The notes: generated from the letters alone by a model not told the origin. 40,520 bases of DNA from Minisyncoccota bacterium (GCA_041663045.1 JBAZRH010000002.1:73179-113698); one strand, 5' to 3'. Positions 1-9,980 are shown, numbered from the stretch's first letter. Numbers and translations: made by a program.

Positions 1-575
1 GTAAGCCACTTAAATCCATCGCCAGTAGAGCCAGTTTCTGGATGTGATTTGCCACCAGAGGCGAGAATAAAGCTCTTTGCTTTTATCTCTTCCCCACTTT
101 TCAATACAACAGATGTGATTTTTCCTTTTGTCTTTTTCAATCCGTCAACTTCAGCAGAAAGTCTGAACTCCACGCCATTATTTCTCGCATATCTTATAAG
201 AGTTTCAAGGACGTCAAGCGAATTGCCGCTCTCCGGAAAAACACGGAAGCCGGGCTCAACTTTTGTCTTCAAACCAAGATTATTGAAAAACTTAATTGTC
301 TTTTCCACACCAAAAACAGAAAATGGAGAATATAGAAAATCGCCTTTCTTTCCGTATTTGGAAACAAATTCGCGATGATTTGGATTGGCATTTGTCATAT
401 TGCATCTGCCACCGCCCGATATCAAAAGTTTTTTGCCAAGCTCTTCGTTTTTCTCAATCAAAAGCACTTTAGCGCCATTTGCACCTGCCACGCCGGCAGA
501 CATAAGCCCCGCAGGTCCTCCGCCGATTACAACAACATCATATTGCCTAGTGCTTTTAGAGACTTTCTTTACCAT
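1..575 (-). CDS. HI0933/YhiN (BaiN)-family NAD(P)/FAD-dependent flavoprotein, 3' part runs off the left edge
   Basis: Manual translation from ATG at 575: MVKKVSKSTRQYDVVVIGGGPAGLMSAGVAGANGAKVLLIEKNEELGKKLLISGGGRCNMTN...LASGGKSHPETGSTGDG. GxGxxG and GKKLLxSGGGRCNxTN are family signatures. Not in the ORF track because it has no stop in the window. Confidence 0.9.
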   Translation of the reverse strand, partial: MVKKVSKSTRQYDVVVIGGGPAGLMSAGVAGANGAKVLLIEKNEELGKKLLISGGGRCNMTNANPNHREFVSKYGKKGDFLYSPFSVFGVEKTIKFFNNLGLKTKVEPGFRVFPESGNSLDVLETLIRYARNNGVEFRLSAEVDGLKKTKGKITSVVLKSGEEIKAKSFILASGGKSHPETGSTGDGFKWL

Positions 576-612
576 GAGAAGAGATTAGCATAAAAAGGGA
601 AAATTCACATCA

Positions 613-646
613 AAAAGCCCCGCCAATCAGAATTGGCGGGGCTTTT
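613..646. terminator. Intrinsic terminator-like hairpin, 15-bp perfect stem, CAGA loop (ATCAGAAT apex)
   Basis: aaaagccccgccaat-caga-attggcggggctttt, 20 bp downstream of the SWIB gene stop, with A/T tails on both sides. Confidence 0.8.
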
Positions 647-666
647 CTTTTTCTATTTTAAAACTT

Positions 667-921
667 TTATGACAAATGTTTTGAAACGAGCTTTGTCATC
701 TCAAACATATTCACCACTGCCTTTCCGCCGAAAACTTTCTTCAAAGCTGCGTCGGCATTGATATTTCTCTTATTCTTTGGATCCTGAAGATTGTTTTTCT
801 TTATATAAACCCAAAGACCTTTTACAACTTCCGATCTTGGCATCGGACCATTTCCCACAACGGCGGCTAGCTCGGCGCTAACTGTCATTGGCTTCATAAA
901 TGCTGATGTTTTTTCTGCCAT
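667..921 (-). CDS. Stand-alone SWIB/MDM2-domain protein
   Basis: 84 aa with AFMKP..VS.ELA.VVG..PMPRSEVVK.LW.YIKKNNLQDPKNKR.INAD..LKKVFG, the bacterial SWIB pattern. Confidence 0.9.
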   Translation of the reverse strand: MAEKTSAFMKPMTVSAELAAVVGNGPMPRSEVVKGLWVYIKKNNLQDPKNKRNINADAALKKVFGGKAVVNMFEMTKLVSKHLS

Positions 922-1076
922 ATTTTTTACCCGTTTCCGCCTAGGGCGAATTGGGCTTAATTAACTAATAACGCTACCCCGCTAGTATAACATAAATCTC
1001 CCCTAGGAACATCACGCAAAATCAATAGTCGATTATAGCCTTCTTTTCAAGATAATCTCAAAATGTTACACGGGAA

Positions 1077-1421
1077 TCAGAAACTAAACCAATAGTATGT
1101 AGATATAACAAGATCTATACCCAAAAATATTATCAGAGACAACAAGATAAAAACGGTATTTATCACGTAAATATACTTAGCAAGAGTAATCCTTCTAATA
1201 AATAAAGCGAGTTTAAAACTTAAAAAAGGTACAAAGATAAATAAGTAAGAAAGAAGTAACCATGTTATATATTCGCTTGAACTGTTACTTTGAAAAAATC
1301 CGTACGGGAACAGAAAAAAACTCCCATAAAATACACACCAATAAAGTGTATAGACTAAAATTATAAATGCTGTCTTACCCCACCATGTATCTGTATGAAA
1401 AAAGTTACGAATAGATTGCAT
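1077..1421 (-). CDS. Small integral membrane protein (about 3 TM), unknown function
   Basis: 114 aa with three hydrophobic stretches; co-oriented and 21 bp downstream of the large lipase-domain gene. Confidence 0.65.
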   Translation of the reverse strand: MQSIRNFFHTDTWWGKTAFIILVYTLYWCVFYGSFFLFPYGFFQSNSSSEYITWLLLSYLFIFVPFLSFKLALFIRRITLAKYIYVINTVFILLSLIIFLGIDLVISTYYWFSF

Positions 1422-1441
1422 TTTCTATTTAATTATTATAT

Positions 1442-4400
1442 TTATAATATCTTTTTAATAAATAAAAACAAGTGTGACCAAAATCCTTTGAAGAGATTGG
1501 TAATAGTAGATTTGATATTAACTCCAGAATTTGCCACTGATGCCGTAAAATTCATGCCTGAAGATGTTGCTTTAATAGTCAATGCAGGTGTTGATGAGGA
1601 AATCGATACTTGTGAGATTCTCAAGATAGTTTTTTGCTTTGTCGTCTTTGTAGTAGGTGGTAAAACAGACAAATCTTGTAAAGAAGATGAGGAAACCAAC
1701 TGAGTGTTCTGAATAAATGACGTAGTGGATTGGCTTAATTGATTTGAGACTTGGTCTTCAGATCGGACAATCGCATTGTCTGAAGCAATCACGGGTGTAG
1801 AAGTGGCCGATGATGCTTCAGTGTCATCGGTAACTAAATTCTTTCTTGAGCCCCTTCTCGCTGTTGGCGTCGGAATCTTAATCTCTTGGATTAACTCTGT
1901 ATTCCCTACATTATCTGTTGAGAAAAATAATACAGTCTTACCACTTGCATTAAATGGTTCTGTATATGGTATCCAGCTCTTTCCATCAAGAGAATACTCT
2001 ACGCTAAGCACACCAGTATTGTCATCTACTGACATGAGAGAAACTGTCCCGTTTGCAGATATAGAACTTGTAGTTTCCGGCGGTAATAAGTCAGAAATGC
2101 TATAAGTGCTACTCGCCACAGTCTCTACCGATGGAGAAGATGCCGTTTCAAAAAGCCCGTCATTGTTTTCATCTTCTTGAATTATATACTCGGTACTCGT
2201 AGATGAAATATATATTTGAGAATTTGAAGAAATGTCTTTGATAGGAACTCTATGCCAATATGTCTTTCTAACTTTTGTATCATTGCTACCGATTTCCTCT
2301 ACTGACAAATCATAGCTAGGAACATTCTCTATCGGTTTTATAAGTATCCGATAATTTTGAGTATTGTCTGGAAGAAAAGCAAAAGTATTATCGGAGATTC
2401 TGTCATAACTTACCCCAGAAATATTGTATTCAATATCTCCTGTGTCAGTCGGACCAGTATGATTCCCGACATTATCATAAATATCCAAGACTACGGAGCT
2501 GTGAGTAGATATAACACGGCCTGTGATATCACAAAAGCCTGTACTTGTAGAAATATTTGAAAGTATTGATGTATCGTCGCCGGTTAATATTGAGAAAATG
2601 GTTTCAGGCACACCAGATGTTGATGGTAATTCTGAATGAATAGCCTCTTTTACATAATAATTATGATCACCAAATGGACCTACAGCAGAATATAGAGGCA
2701 CCGTACCATCACCATTTACATAGTCTATATTATAGTCGTCCACGGTTTCCTGCCAAAGAGATGTCCAAGTCTTTTTCTTCTTTGCCGTAATGCTCCCAAT
2801 AGTTTTGGTCAGGCCGCAACCAGAAAAGTTATAAACGTCAGTGTCCTTCAAGTCGAAATTATCAATATCTTCATGCAAATCTTCTGCCTGAAGAAAGAGC
2901 GCAGAATTTATACCGTGACTAATCATAAAATCTTTTGTCTCATCATAATCCAACCATTTGCTAGAGCCTGATGTAGTATCGTATATATATTCGTTTGGTA
3001 CAGAATTACCCTTACTTGAATCCCCATCTACATAGGCTCGGCTTGGTAATAAGTCAAAGACGGAGGGGAAATTTTGAGAAATAAATTTTAACCTTGGTTG
3101 GCTAAGTAAGTGTACATTACCAGAAATGATACTCATCCCCATATCATCTCCATACATCAAAGCTTTAAAAGCCTTCGGCGAGCCAAGGTGTGGGGTGCCA
3201 ATAAAAAATATTTTATCAACTTTATCCGCACCATTGTCTGCCACATATTTTTGAGTCACAAGCCCGCCCATGGAGTGAGCGATGATTTCCACTCTGGATG
3301 AACCCGTTTCAGAAATTACCTCGTCTATTTTCTCTTTTAATAATATCGCACTTTCAGCATTACTTTTTCGCCAATCGTAAGGAAAAACAAAAAGGTCTGT
3401 GCCTTCAACATATCCGTCAGAAGTCAAAGTGGAAATCAATCCATCAAATGTATTGGAAACAGTTCTCCCTACAAGATCAACCTTTCTCAAAATATCCCCT
3501 ACCTTCATCGGGAAAGCTGGATTTTCAGTACCATCAGAATTAAATGAAAGGTCATTTAAAAATTCATCAAAAAAAGAAAGTATAAGCTTGCTAATATTCG
3601 GCCAGATTTGTGAATTATCATCATAGTCTTTAGAAAGCTGTGTACCCATAATCCCCGGAATAATAATCACTGGGTTTCTTTTCTTACTCGGATCAACTGT
3701 AAGCCATGGCTTATATTCGACGTTCTTTGATATCTGATTTGCCGTACCAGAAGCATTTGTAAGTAAATTAAATGGTCCGGAAACATCTCCCCACCAATTT
3801 CCAACAGCTTTTATCGGGGCTGTCGGCACCTCAACCCATATCTGATAATAACCTGTTCTACCTATATACGTATCAAAGTATGAAGCATCGTTATAAATCC
3901 CGTATAAAGTATTATCTTTTATAATACTATTTTCTATATCAATATTTGCATTTGCACCAAAATTTTCTATACCATTATTATTTCCGGATATCTCACTACC
4001 AGATATCTTTATAATAGAATTGTCGGAAGTAAGAATACCGTCCCCAAGAAAATTCTTAATCTCTGTGTTCTCTATATTTGCTTCTACTTTCCCAAAAATT
4101 TCTACAGCTGTAGTATTACCATCACTTATTACAGAATTGGCGATATTTAAAGTCGTCGTTGCGTATTCATAGTCTCCGCTAAAAATATTAAAAACCCCGC
4201 CATAAGCAGAACCGGCTAAGATATTTTTCACAGATGAGTCAGAAAAACTCAAACTACTACCGTTAAATATCTCAATAACCAAATCCGCAGTAATATTATT
4301 AAAACTAGAACTAGCGATGTTGATGGAGCTGTTATTAAAGGCGTATACTACTGCCGAATTACTGTTATTTAATACACCCTCTATTCTTGAATTATACATG

Positions 4401-5362
4401 TTCATTGAGCTATCTTCAGAAATACCAAATACTTCCTCTGTGTTTTCTATATCTGTACTCACTATACTTATGGAGCTGTTGTTAGAGACTTCAAATAAAT
4501 TACGAACGTTTTCTATATCTGAGTTACTTATCTCTACAAAACCGTTGTCATAAATCTCAGTGGTATTATATCCATCAATATTTTTTATTGTTGAGTTATA
4601 TATCTTTATAGAACTACTCCTTAAAATACAAAAAGCCTCTTTGCTGATATCTTCTAAACTCGAATTTGAAAAAACTAAAGAACTTCCCTCATATATACCA
4701 AACCCGTATCCGCTTATATTTTTTACATTAGATGATTCTATTGATACCGTGCTAGTTGAAATAGCTGTAATGGCATCCCTAGAAAGATTTAGAATGTTGC
4801 TATTTTTTATAGAAACAGTGCTCTCGCTTAAGCTTAGCCCGTCAACACAATCTGTAATTGTCACTGATTCGAGTAATCCTGTCCCGGAATCACTTTCCAA
4901 GGCTAGATTGGCATAAGATATTTTGGTATTGTTTATTTCATAACTTCCCCCATCTAGAACTTTGATACCTCCCCAGCTCGAATACATAGGTGTCCAATCT
5001 GAATCATACCCATCTGTATCTCCCCCAACAGAATCGTCATACAGAGATGTAAAATAAATCTCTTCACCGAGTGCACCATTTGCAACTATTTTCCCTGAAA
5101 TATTTAAATCACTATAATCCTCAAACTTAATAACTGTTCCGGGCTCGATTGTCAGGGTTGCTCCACTATCAATAAAAATATCCTTATAAATGACGTACGG
5201 ACTATTATCTCTAGTCCAAATGGTATCTTCTGAAATATGATAATCATCCGCATCATCACCAAGAGAGATGTCAGTTTGTGCAAAAACTCTATTAAAAGGA
5301 AATAAAAAAGACAGGAAGAATAATCCTGCAAAAAGTAAAGAACAAATTTTAAAATTTCTCAT
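1442..5362 (-). CDS. Large secreted protein: signal peptide + right-handed beta-helix repeats + LCAT/PGAP1-like alpha/beta-hydrolase (lipase) + Ig-like domain + Ser/Thr-rich tail
   Basis: N-terminal hydrophobic leader ending VFA; ~22-aa periodic repeats (SIKIYNSTIKNI, VEISNSDIENV, MNMYNSRIEGV); hydrolase motifs PVIIIPGIMGT, PYDWR, AHSMGG, GTPHLGSP, GDGTVP, IHSELP; PPETT...VEYSLDG..W..Y..PF; hydrophobic/basic C-terminus. Confidence 0.8.
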   Translation of the reverse strand: MRNFKICSLLFAGLFFLSFLFPFNRVFAQTDISLGDDADDYHISEDTIWTRDNSPYVIYKDIFIDSGATLTIEPGTVIKFEDYSDLNISGKIVANGALGEEIYFTSLYDDSVGGDTDGYDSDWTPMYSSWGGIKVLDGGSYEINNTKISYANLALESDSGTGLLESVTITDCVDGLSLSESTVSIKNSNILNLSRDAITAISTSTVSIESSNVKNISGYGFGIYEGSSLVFSNSSLEDISKEAFCILRSSSIKIYNSTIKNIDGYNTTEIYDNGFVEISNSDIENVRNLFEVSNNSSISIVSTDIENTEEVFGISEDSSMNMYNSRIEGVLNNSNSAVVYAFNNSSINIASSSFNNITADLVIEIFNGSSLSFSDSSVKNILAGSAYGGVFNIFSGDYEYATTTLNIANSVISDGNTTAVEIFGKVEANIENTEIKNFLGDGILTSDNSIIKISGSEISGNNNGIENFGANANIDIENSIIKDNTLYGIYNDASYFDTYIGRTGYYQIWVEVPTAPIKAVGNWWGDVSGPFNLLTNASGTANQISKNVEYKPWLTVDPSKKRNPVIIIPGIMGTQLSKDYDDNSQIWPNISKLILSFFDEFLNDLSFNSDGTENPAFPMKVGDILRKVDLVGRTVSNTFDGLISTLTSDGYVEGTDLFVFPYDWRKSNAESAILLKEKIDEVISETGSSRVEIIAHSMGGLVTQKYVADNGADKVDKIFFIGTPHLGSPKAFKALMYGDDMGMSIISGNVHLLSQPRLKFISQNFPSVFDLLPSRAYVDGDSSKGNSVPNEYIYDTTSGSSKWLDYDETKDFMISHGINSALFLQAEDLHEDIDNFDLKDTDVYNFSGCGLTKTIGSITAKKKKTWTSLWQETVDDYNIDYVNGDGTVPLYSAVGPFGDHNYYVKEAIHSELPSTSGVPETIFSILTGDDTSILSNISTSTGFCDITGRVISTHSSVVLDIYDNVGNHTGPTDTGDIEYNISGVSYDRISDNTFAFLPDNTQNYRILIKPIENVPSYDLSVEEIGSNDTKVRKTYWHRVPIKDISSNSQIYISSTSTEYIIQEDENNDGLFETASSPSVETVASSTYSISDLLPPETTSSISANGTVSLMSVDDNTGVLSVEYSLDGKSWIPYTEPFNASGKTVLFFSTDNVGNTELIQEIKIPTPTARRGSRKNLVTDDTEASSATSTPVIASDNAIVRSEDQVSNQLSQSTTSFIQNTQLVSSSSLQDLSVLPPTTKTTKQKTILRISQVSISSSTPALTIKATSSGMNFTASVANSGVNIKSTITNLFKGFWSHLFLFIKKIL

Positions 5363-5483
5363 TCAAAAAAATAATTATGCAACTTTATAAAAAATTCTGC
5401 TACATAATAGCATCCATTTTATAAACAAAAAAATACTTCAGTTGTTGATAACTGAAATATTTTTCTTATCCCTGCTCTTTATT

Positions 5484-6683
5484 TTATTTCTTCAGTGTCA
5501 AATCTATCTTCTTCGCCAACTTCACCATATCTTTTTCCTTCGCTCCCCTTGTGGTCTCACCGGCGGTGCCAAGGCGAATACCGGAAGGGTCCATTGGGCT
5601 TCTGGTTTCGTTTGGAATAGTGTTTTTGTTTACAATTATTCCAGCCTTTTCAAGCTTGTCGCTAGCTTCTGCTCCACTCATCCCCTTTCCACCCATCCAA
5701 GTGTCCATAAGTATCAAGTGGCTATCTGTTCCACCAGAAATAATCTTCCAGCCAAGCTTTTTCAACTCATCGGCAAGAACTTTTGCATTTTTCACTACTT
5801 GCTTTGCGTATTTTTTGAACGTCGGTGCTGATGCTTCTTTCAAAGCTACTGCCACAGCGGCGATTTGATTCATGTGTGGACCACCTTGAAGGCCTGGGAA
5901 AACAGCTTTGTCTATCAAATCTCCAAAAGATATTTCATTACCTTTTGCGCTTGTCTGTGTTTTGTCGCGTCTTGCAAAGATAAGAGCGCTTCTAGGCCCA
6001 CGGAGGGTTTTGTGCACTGTCGTCGTCACCACATCTGCATATTCAAATGGCGACGGATATGCGCCACCGGCAACAAGTCCAGCAAAGTGCGACATATCTA
6101 CCATAAGTATTGCGTGAGATGCATCGGCGATTTCTCTAAACTTTTTGAAATCAACAATCCTTGGATATGCTGTGTAGCCGGCGATTATCATATTTGGCTT
6201 TTCAGCAATTGCCAGCTTTTTTAGTGCGTCATAATCTAGGACTTCCGTATCTTTATTTACGCCATAAGGGACTTGAGTCCAGATTTTCCCAGTAGCAGAG
6301 ACTTTATGACCATGTGTAAGGTGGCCTCCGTGATCAAGCGACATCCCCATCACCTTTCCTCCCTTTGGTACAAGTGCAAGGTATACAGCTAGGTTTGCTG
6401 GTGAGCCCGAAAGTGGTTGAACATTTACATGCCATTTTTCTCCCGCTAAGCCGAAAAGTTTTAATGCCCTTTCTTTGCAAAGCTCCTCCACCTTATCCGT
6501 AAAGGTCTGTCCTTTGTAATATCTCTTCCCAGGATACCCTTCCGAATATTTATTTGTAAACTTTGAGCCAAGCGCTTCGAGAACATCCTCCGAAACATAA
6601 TTTTCAGATGCAATCAGAGAAATTGTCTTTTCTTGCCTCGCCTCTTCCGCCTTTATGAGCTTTTCAATTTGTTTGTCTTTCAT
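5484..6683 (-). CDS. glyA: Serine hydroxymethyltransferase
   Basis: LIASEN, NKYSEGYPGKRYY, GGHLTHG, TTTVHKTLRGPR (PLP lysine), FPGLQGGP, SGIRLGT. Start moved to MKDKQ (6683). Confidence 0.97.
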   Translation of the reverse strand: MKDKQIEKLIKAEEARQEKTISLIASENYVSEDVLEALGSKFTNKYSEGYPGKRYYKGQTFTDKVEELCKERALKLFGLAGEKWHVNVQPLSGSPANLAVYLALVPKGGKVMGMSLDHGGHLTHGHKVSATGKIWTQVPYGVNKDTEVLDYDALKKLAIAEKPNMIIAGYTAYPRIVDFKKFREIADASHAILMVDMSHFAGLVAGGAYPSPFEYADVVTTTVHKTLRGPRSALIFARRDKTQTSAKGNEISFGDLIDKAVFPGLQGGPHMNQIAAVAVALKEASAPTFKKYAKQVVKNAKVLADELKKLGWKIISGGTDSHLILMDTWMGGKGMSGAEASDKLEKAGIIVNKNTIPNETRSPMDPSGIRLGTAGETTRGAKEKDMVKLAKKIDLTLKK

Positions 6684-6828
6684 AATACTTAAATGGGTCA
6701 ATCTCGATAAGTGATACTGTCAATTCTAAATTAAATAACAATTAATAACAAGCTTGTTTTTTGTGATATAAACGATATGATAAACATGGACTAAATTGGT
6801 CCTTTAAAAGTAAAGAGGATTAAGACAT

Positions 6829-7656
6829 ATGAAGACATACAATAATGTATTAAAACAAATTCTGGAAAATGGCATTGACCGAAAAGGAAGAAACGCCGTA
6901 ACCAGAGCTTGTTTTGCGATTCAGATGCGATTCAACATGGAAGAAGGCTTCCCGGCAGTAACTACCAAACAACTAGCGTTTAACGCCGTTAAGGGTGAGC
7001 TGCTCTGGTTCTTGGAAGGAAGTGGTAGTGATGAACGTCTGAAAGAAATAATGGGCAAAGATCGCACAATCTGGACGGATAATGCCGAAGCCCCTTATTG
7101 GAAGCCGAAAGCAAAATTCCCCGGAGATCTTGGGAGAGTATACGGTGTCCAATGGAGAACTTGGAAAAAACCTGACGGCACGACGGTAGACCAGATTGAA
7201 AATCTCATAAACAAACTCAAGACCGACCCAAATGACCGACGGCTTATCGTTACGGCTTGGAATCCAGGAGAGCTTGATGAGATGGCACTGCCACCTTGTC
7301 ATATGATTTTCCAATTCTTCGCTGCTGACGGCAAATTGTCCTTGCATATGACCCAACGTAGTTGCGATATGTTCTTGGGGGTTCCATTCAATATTGCTTC
7401 TTATGCTTTGCTACTAGCGATGGTGGCACAAGTGGTTGGCATGACACCTCATGAGTGTGTTCTCACCCTCAATGACGCGCATATCTATCATGAGCATTTT
7501 GATGCAGTAAAAGAACAGCTCTCTCGTGAACCGATGAAGCTTCCAAAGCTCTGGCTCAATCCGGAAGTGAAAAATATTGATAAATTCACAATGGATGACA
7601 TTAAGCTGGTTGACTATGAGCATCATCCGACAATCAAGGCAAAAATGATTGTCTAA
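6829..7656 (+). CDS. thyA: Thymidylate synthase
   Basis: ELLWFL, LGRVYGVQWR, RRLIVTAWNP, ALPPCH (catalytic Cys), QRSCDMFLGVPFNIASY, DAHIY. Confidence 0.97.
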   Translation: MKTYNNVLKQILENGIDRKGRNAVTRACFAIQMRFNMEEGFPAVTTKQLAFNAVKGELLWFLEGSGSDERLKEIMGKDRTIWTDNAEAPYWKPKAKFPGDLGRVYGVQWRTWKKPDGTTVDQIENLINKLKTDPNDRRLIVTAWNPGELDEMALPPCHMIFQFFAADGKLSLHMTQRSCDMFLGVPFNIASYALLLAMVAQVVGMTPHECVLTLNDAHIYHEHFDAVKEQLSREPMKLPKLWLNPEVKNIDKFTMDDIKLVDYEHHPTIKAKMIV

Positions 7657-7670
7657 CCATAAAGGGAAAT

Positions 7671-8165
7671 ATGATATCAATCATCGTTGCGATAGCTAAA
7701 AATGGGGTCATCGGAAAAGGAGACGATCTGCCTTGGAAGCTTTCTGATGACCTCAAGCATTTCGCCAAGGTTACTAAAGGTCACACTGTAATCATGGGAC
7801 GAAAGACCTATGAGTCCATAGTGAAGAGGTTGGGACATGCATTGCCAAACAGAAGGAACATTGTTGTCACCTCACAGGTAGATTTCAAAGCTCCGAGTTG
7901 TATGGTTGTCCGTTCAGTGAAAGAAGCCTTGAGCAAGTTACCTTTGGAAGATGAGGCTTTTGTTACTGGTGGAGGTGAGATTTACAGGCAATTTCTACCA
8001 TTAGCAAATAAGTTGTATATTACTGAAGTCGATGTTGAGTGTGATGGTGATGTCTTTTTTCCTCCCTATTCGAAAGACGGTTGGAAATTGATATCGTCAG
8101 AACATCACAATAAAGACGAAAAGAATTCGTACGACTTTACTTTCCTAGAGCTTGTCCGAAAATAA
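7671..8165 (+). CDS. folA: Dihydrofolate reductase
   Basis: IIVAIAKNGVIG..DLPWKLSDDLKHF, VIMGRKTYES, LPNRRNIV, GGGEIY, GDVFFP; directly after thyA. Confidence 0.96.
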   Translation: MISIIVAIAKNGVIGKGDDLPWKLSDDLKHFAKVTKGHTVIMGRKTYESIVKRLGHALPNRRNIVVTSQVDFKAPSCMVVRSVKEALSKLPLEDEAFVTGGGEIYRQFLPLANKLYITEVDVECDGDVFFPPYSKDGWKLISSEHHNKDEKNSYDFTFLELVRK

Positions 8166-8183
8166 AATGATCGACCAATAACA

Positions 8184-8211
8184 AAAAGGGCACCCCCGCG
8201 GATGCCCTTTT
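8184..8211. terminator. Bidirectional terminator between convergent folA and tmk
   Basis: aaaagggca...tgccctttt GC-rich stem with A/T tails on both sides. Confidence 0.7.
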
Positions 8212-8221
8212 CTTTTGGTAT

Positions 8222-8848
8222 TTATTTTCCAAAAGATTTATCCAATACTGACTTGAAGTCCTCCCAAACTTTTTCAATCGGCTGGCTAGCGTCTATCACT
8301 GCATGGGGTACGTGCTCGATGAATTCCTTGTATCCCGCTCGTAGAGCGTTATGAAAATCAATCTTTCGCGCTTCAAAATGGTTCAACTCCTCACCACCTT
8401 GATTATTCTTGCGTGCCAAACCAATAACCGGATCGATATCAAAATACACATACAAGTCCGGCTTGAGATCACCTAGATAAAAATCGCGCATTTGCCAGAA
8501 AAGATTCTCCAATTCCCTTGCTCCTTGAGCCACTATTTGATAAGCAAATGTAGACGAATCAAAACGATCTGAAACCACAGTCTTCCCCGCGTCCAAAGCT
8601 GGAGAGATTGTATTTTTCAAATGATCCGCTCGAGCTGCCCAAAACAGACCAAACATAGTCTTAGCATCCGCCTGTCCTGCATTTGGAGACTTCAAAATCA
8701 AATTGCGAATCTCCTCAGCATAGGGTGATCCCCCTGGTTCACGAGTAAGCACGAGGTTCTCTCCCAGTAAACTTTGCAACTTTTTGAGTTGCGATGTCTT
8801 ACCAGCCCCTTCTCCACTATCAACCACTATGAATAATCCTTTTTTCAT
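8222..8848 (-). CDS. tmk: Thymidylate (dTMP) kinase
   Basis: P-loop DSGEGAGKT, TREPGG, DRFDSSTFAYQ, PDLYVYFDIDP. Start at MKKGLF (8848), preceded by AGGAG. Confidence 0.9.
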   Translation of the reverse strand: MKKGLFIVVDSGEGAGKTSQLKKLQSLLGENLVLTREPGGSPYAEEIRNLILKSPNAGQADAKTMFGLFWAARADHLKNTISPALDAGKTVVSDRFDSSTFAYQIVAQGARELENLFWQMRDFYLGDLKPDLYVYFDIDPVIGLARKNNQGGEELNHFEARKIDFHNALRAGYKEFIEHVPHAVIDASQPIEKVWEDFKSVLDKSFGK

Positions 8849-8928
8849 CCTATCTCCTTTTGAAATTGTTAAGATCACTAATCTAGCTAAACATTATCAG
8901 ATTAAAAAAACATTAGCAATCTTTAAAA

Positions 8929-9483
8929 TTATTTGGAAAGTTTTATAATCAAATCATCTAAATTTTTAAACAAATCATCTATAGAGCCCTCATTTATAAT
9001 CGTAAAATCAGCCCTAGATATTGGCCCCGCTTGATGAAGTTTCTCTATCTGTGAATAATCTCTTGAAATTACTTCTTCCATTTTAAGAGGCCTGTGTAAA
9101 CGCGTTGATAATCTTTCTATTCTAATTTCCGGTGAAGAATATATGGCAAGTGTCTTAAAAGCATCTCCAAATTCTTTCTTCATCTCAAGATATTCTTCCC
9201 AACTATACAAACTTTCAACGATAACGCTCGATTGTCTAAAAAGTTCCTTGACTTTTGACATATTTACAACGGCCATTGCTGCCATCCCATATTTTTCTCT
9301 TAACTCCTCTCTAATTTTCTTTTCGTTTCCTTCATTTATTGGAAGTCCTTGTCTTTTCAATTCATCAAAAGTCCCCTGACCAAAATATACTTTTGGCCAA
9401 CTGGTTTTCTTCATTAAATATTCAACGACTTCTGTCTTGCCGGCTCCTGGAAGTCCGACTACTGCTAAAATAATTTTCTTCAT
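8929..9483 (-). CDS. P-loop nucleoside-monophosphate/dephospho-CoA-kinase-like protein (UPF0200/AAA_17-like)
   Basis: N-terminal VVGLPGAGKT, then IRIERLSTR..RP, RDYSQIE..GPISRADFTIINEG, typical of NMP-kinase-fold proteins. Confidence 0.7.
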   Translation of the reverse strand: MKKIILAVVGLPGAGKTEVVEYLMKKTSWPKVYFGQGTFDELKRQGLPINEGNEKKIREELREKYGMAAMAVVNMSKVKELFRQSSVIVESLYSWEEYLEMKKEFGDAFKTLAIYSSPEIRIERLSTRLHRPLKMEEVISRDYSQIEKLHQAGPISRADFTIINEGSIDDLFKNLDDLIIKLSK

Positions 9484-9485
9484 AG

Positions 9486-9980
9486 TTATTTCATATTCGT
9501 ATAAGTCACCATCTCTTCATTAATCAGTGTGTATTCTACACCTGCTTCTTTGAAAATATCTTTCGTCCTTTCTCCAGCATGATAATCTTTGGCTGCTAAC
9601 ACCTTTTTTATGCCAGCATTTATTATCATCTTTGCGCAAGCGTAGCACGGTGTCATCTTTACATACAAAGTCGCCCCCTCCGTACTCATCCCAAAACGAG
9701 CCGCTTGTACTATGGCATTTTGCTCTGCATGAGCGGTCCTTATACAATGTTTTGATTGAGTGCCGTCTTCTTGGACAACTGTATGCATCTCATGTCCCAC
9801 CTCATCACAATGTTTGCATCCGGCTGGAGCTCCAGCGTACCCTGTCGCAATAATTTTCTTATCTTTGACGATAATACAGCCGGCCCTGCCCCTGTCACAG
9901 GTTCCCCTCTCTCCTATTGCATCCATTATTTTCAAGAAATATTCGTCCCAAGATGGTCTTTTGTGAGTGGTATTTTCCAT
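9486..9980 (-). CDS. dCMP deaminase (ComEB-like)
   Basis: RPSWDEYF, TCDR..AG, HAEQNA and PCYAC zinc motifs. Start moved to MENTT (9980). Confidence 0.92.
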   Translation of the reverse strand: MENTTHKRPSWDEYFLKIMDAIGERGTCDRGRAGCIIVKDKKIIATGYAGAPAGCKHCDEVGHEMHTVVQEDGTQSKHCIRTAHAEQNAIVQAARFGMSTEGATLYVKMTPCYACAKMIINAGIKKVLAAKDYHAGERTKDIFKEAGVEYTLINEEMVTYTNMK

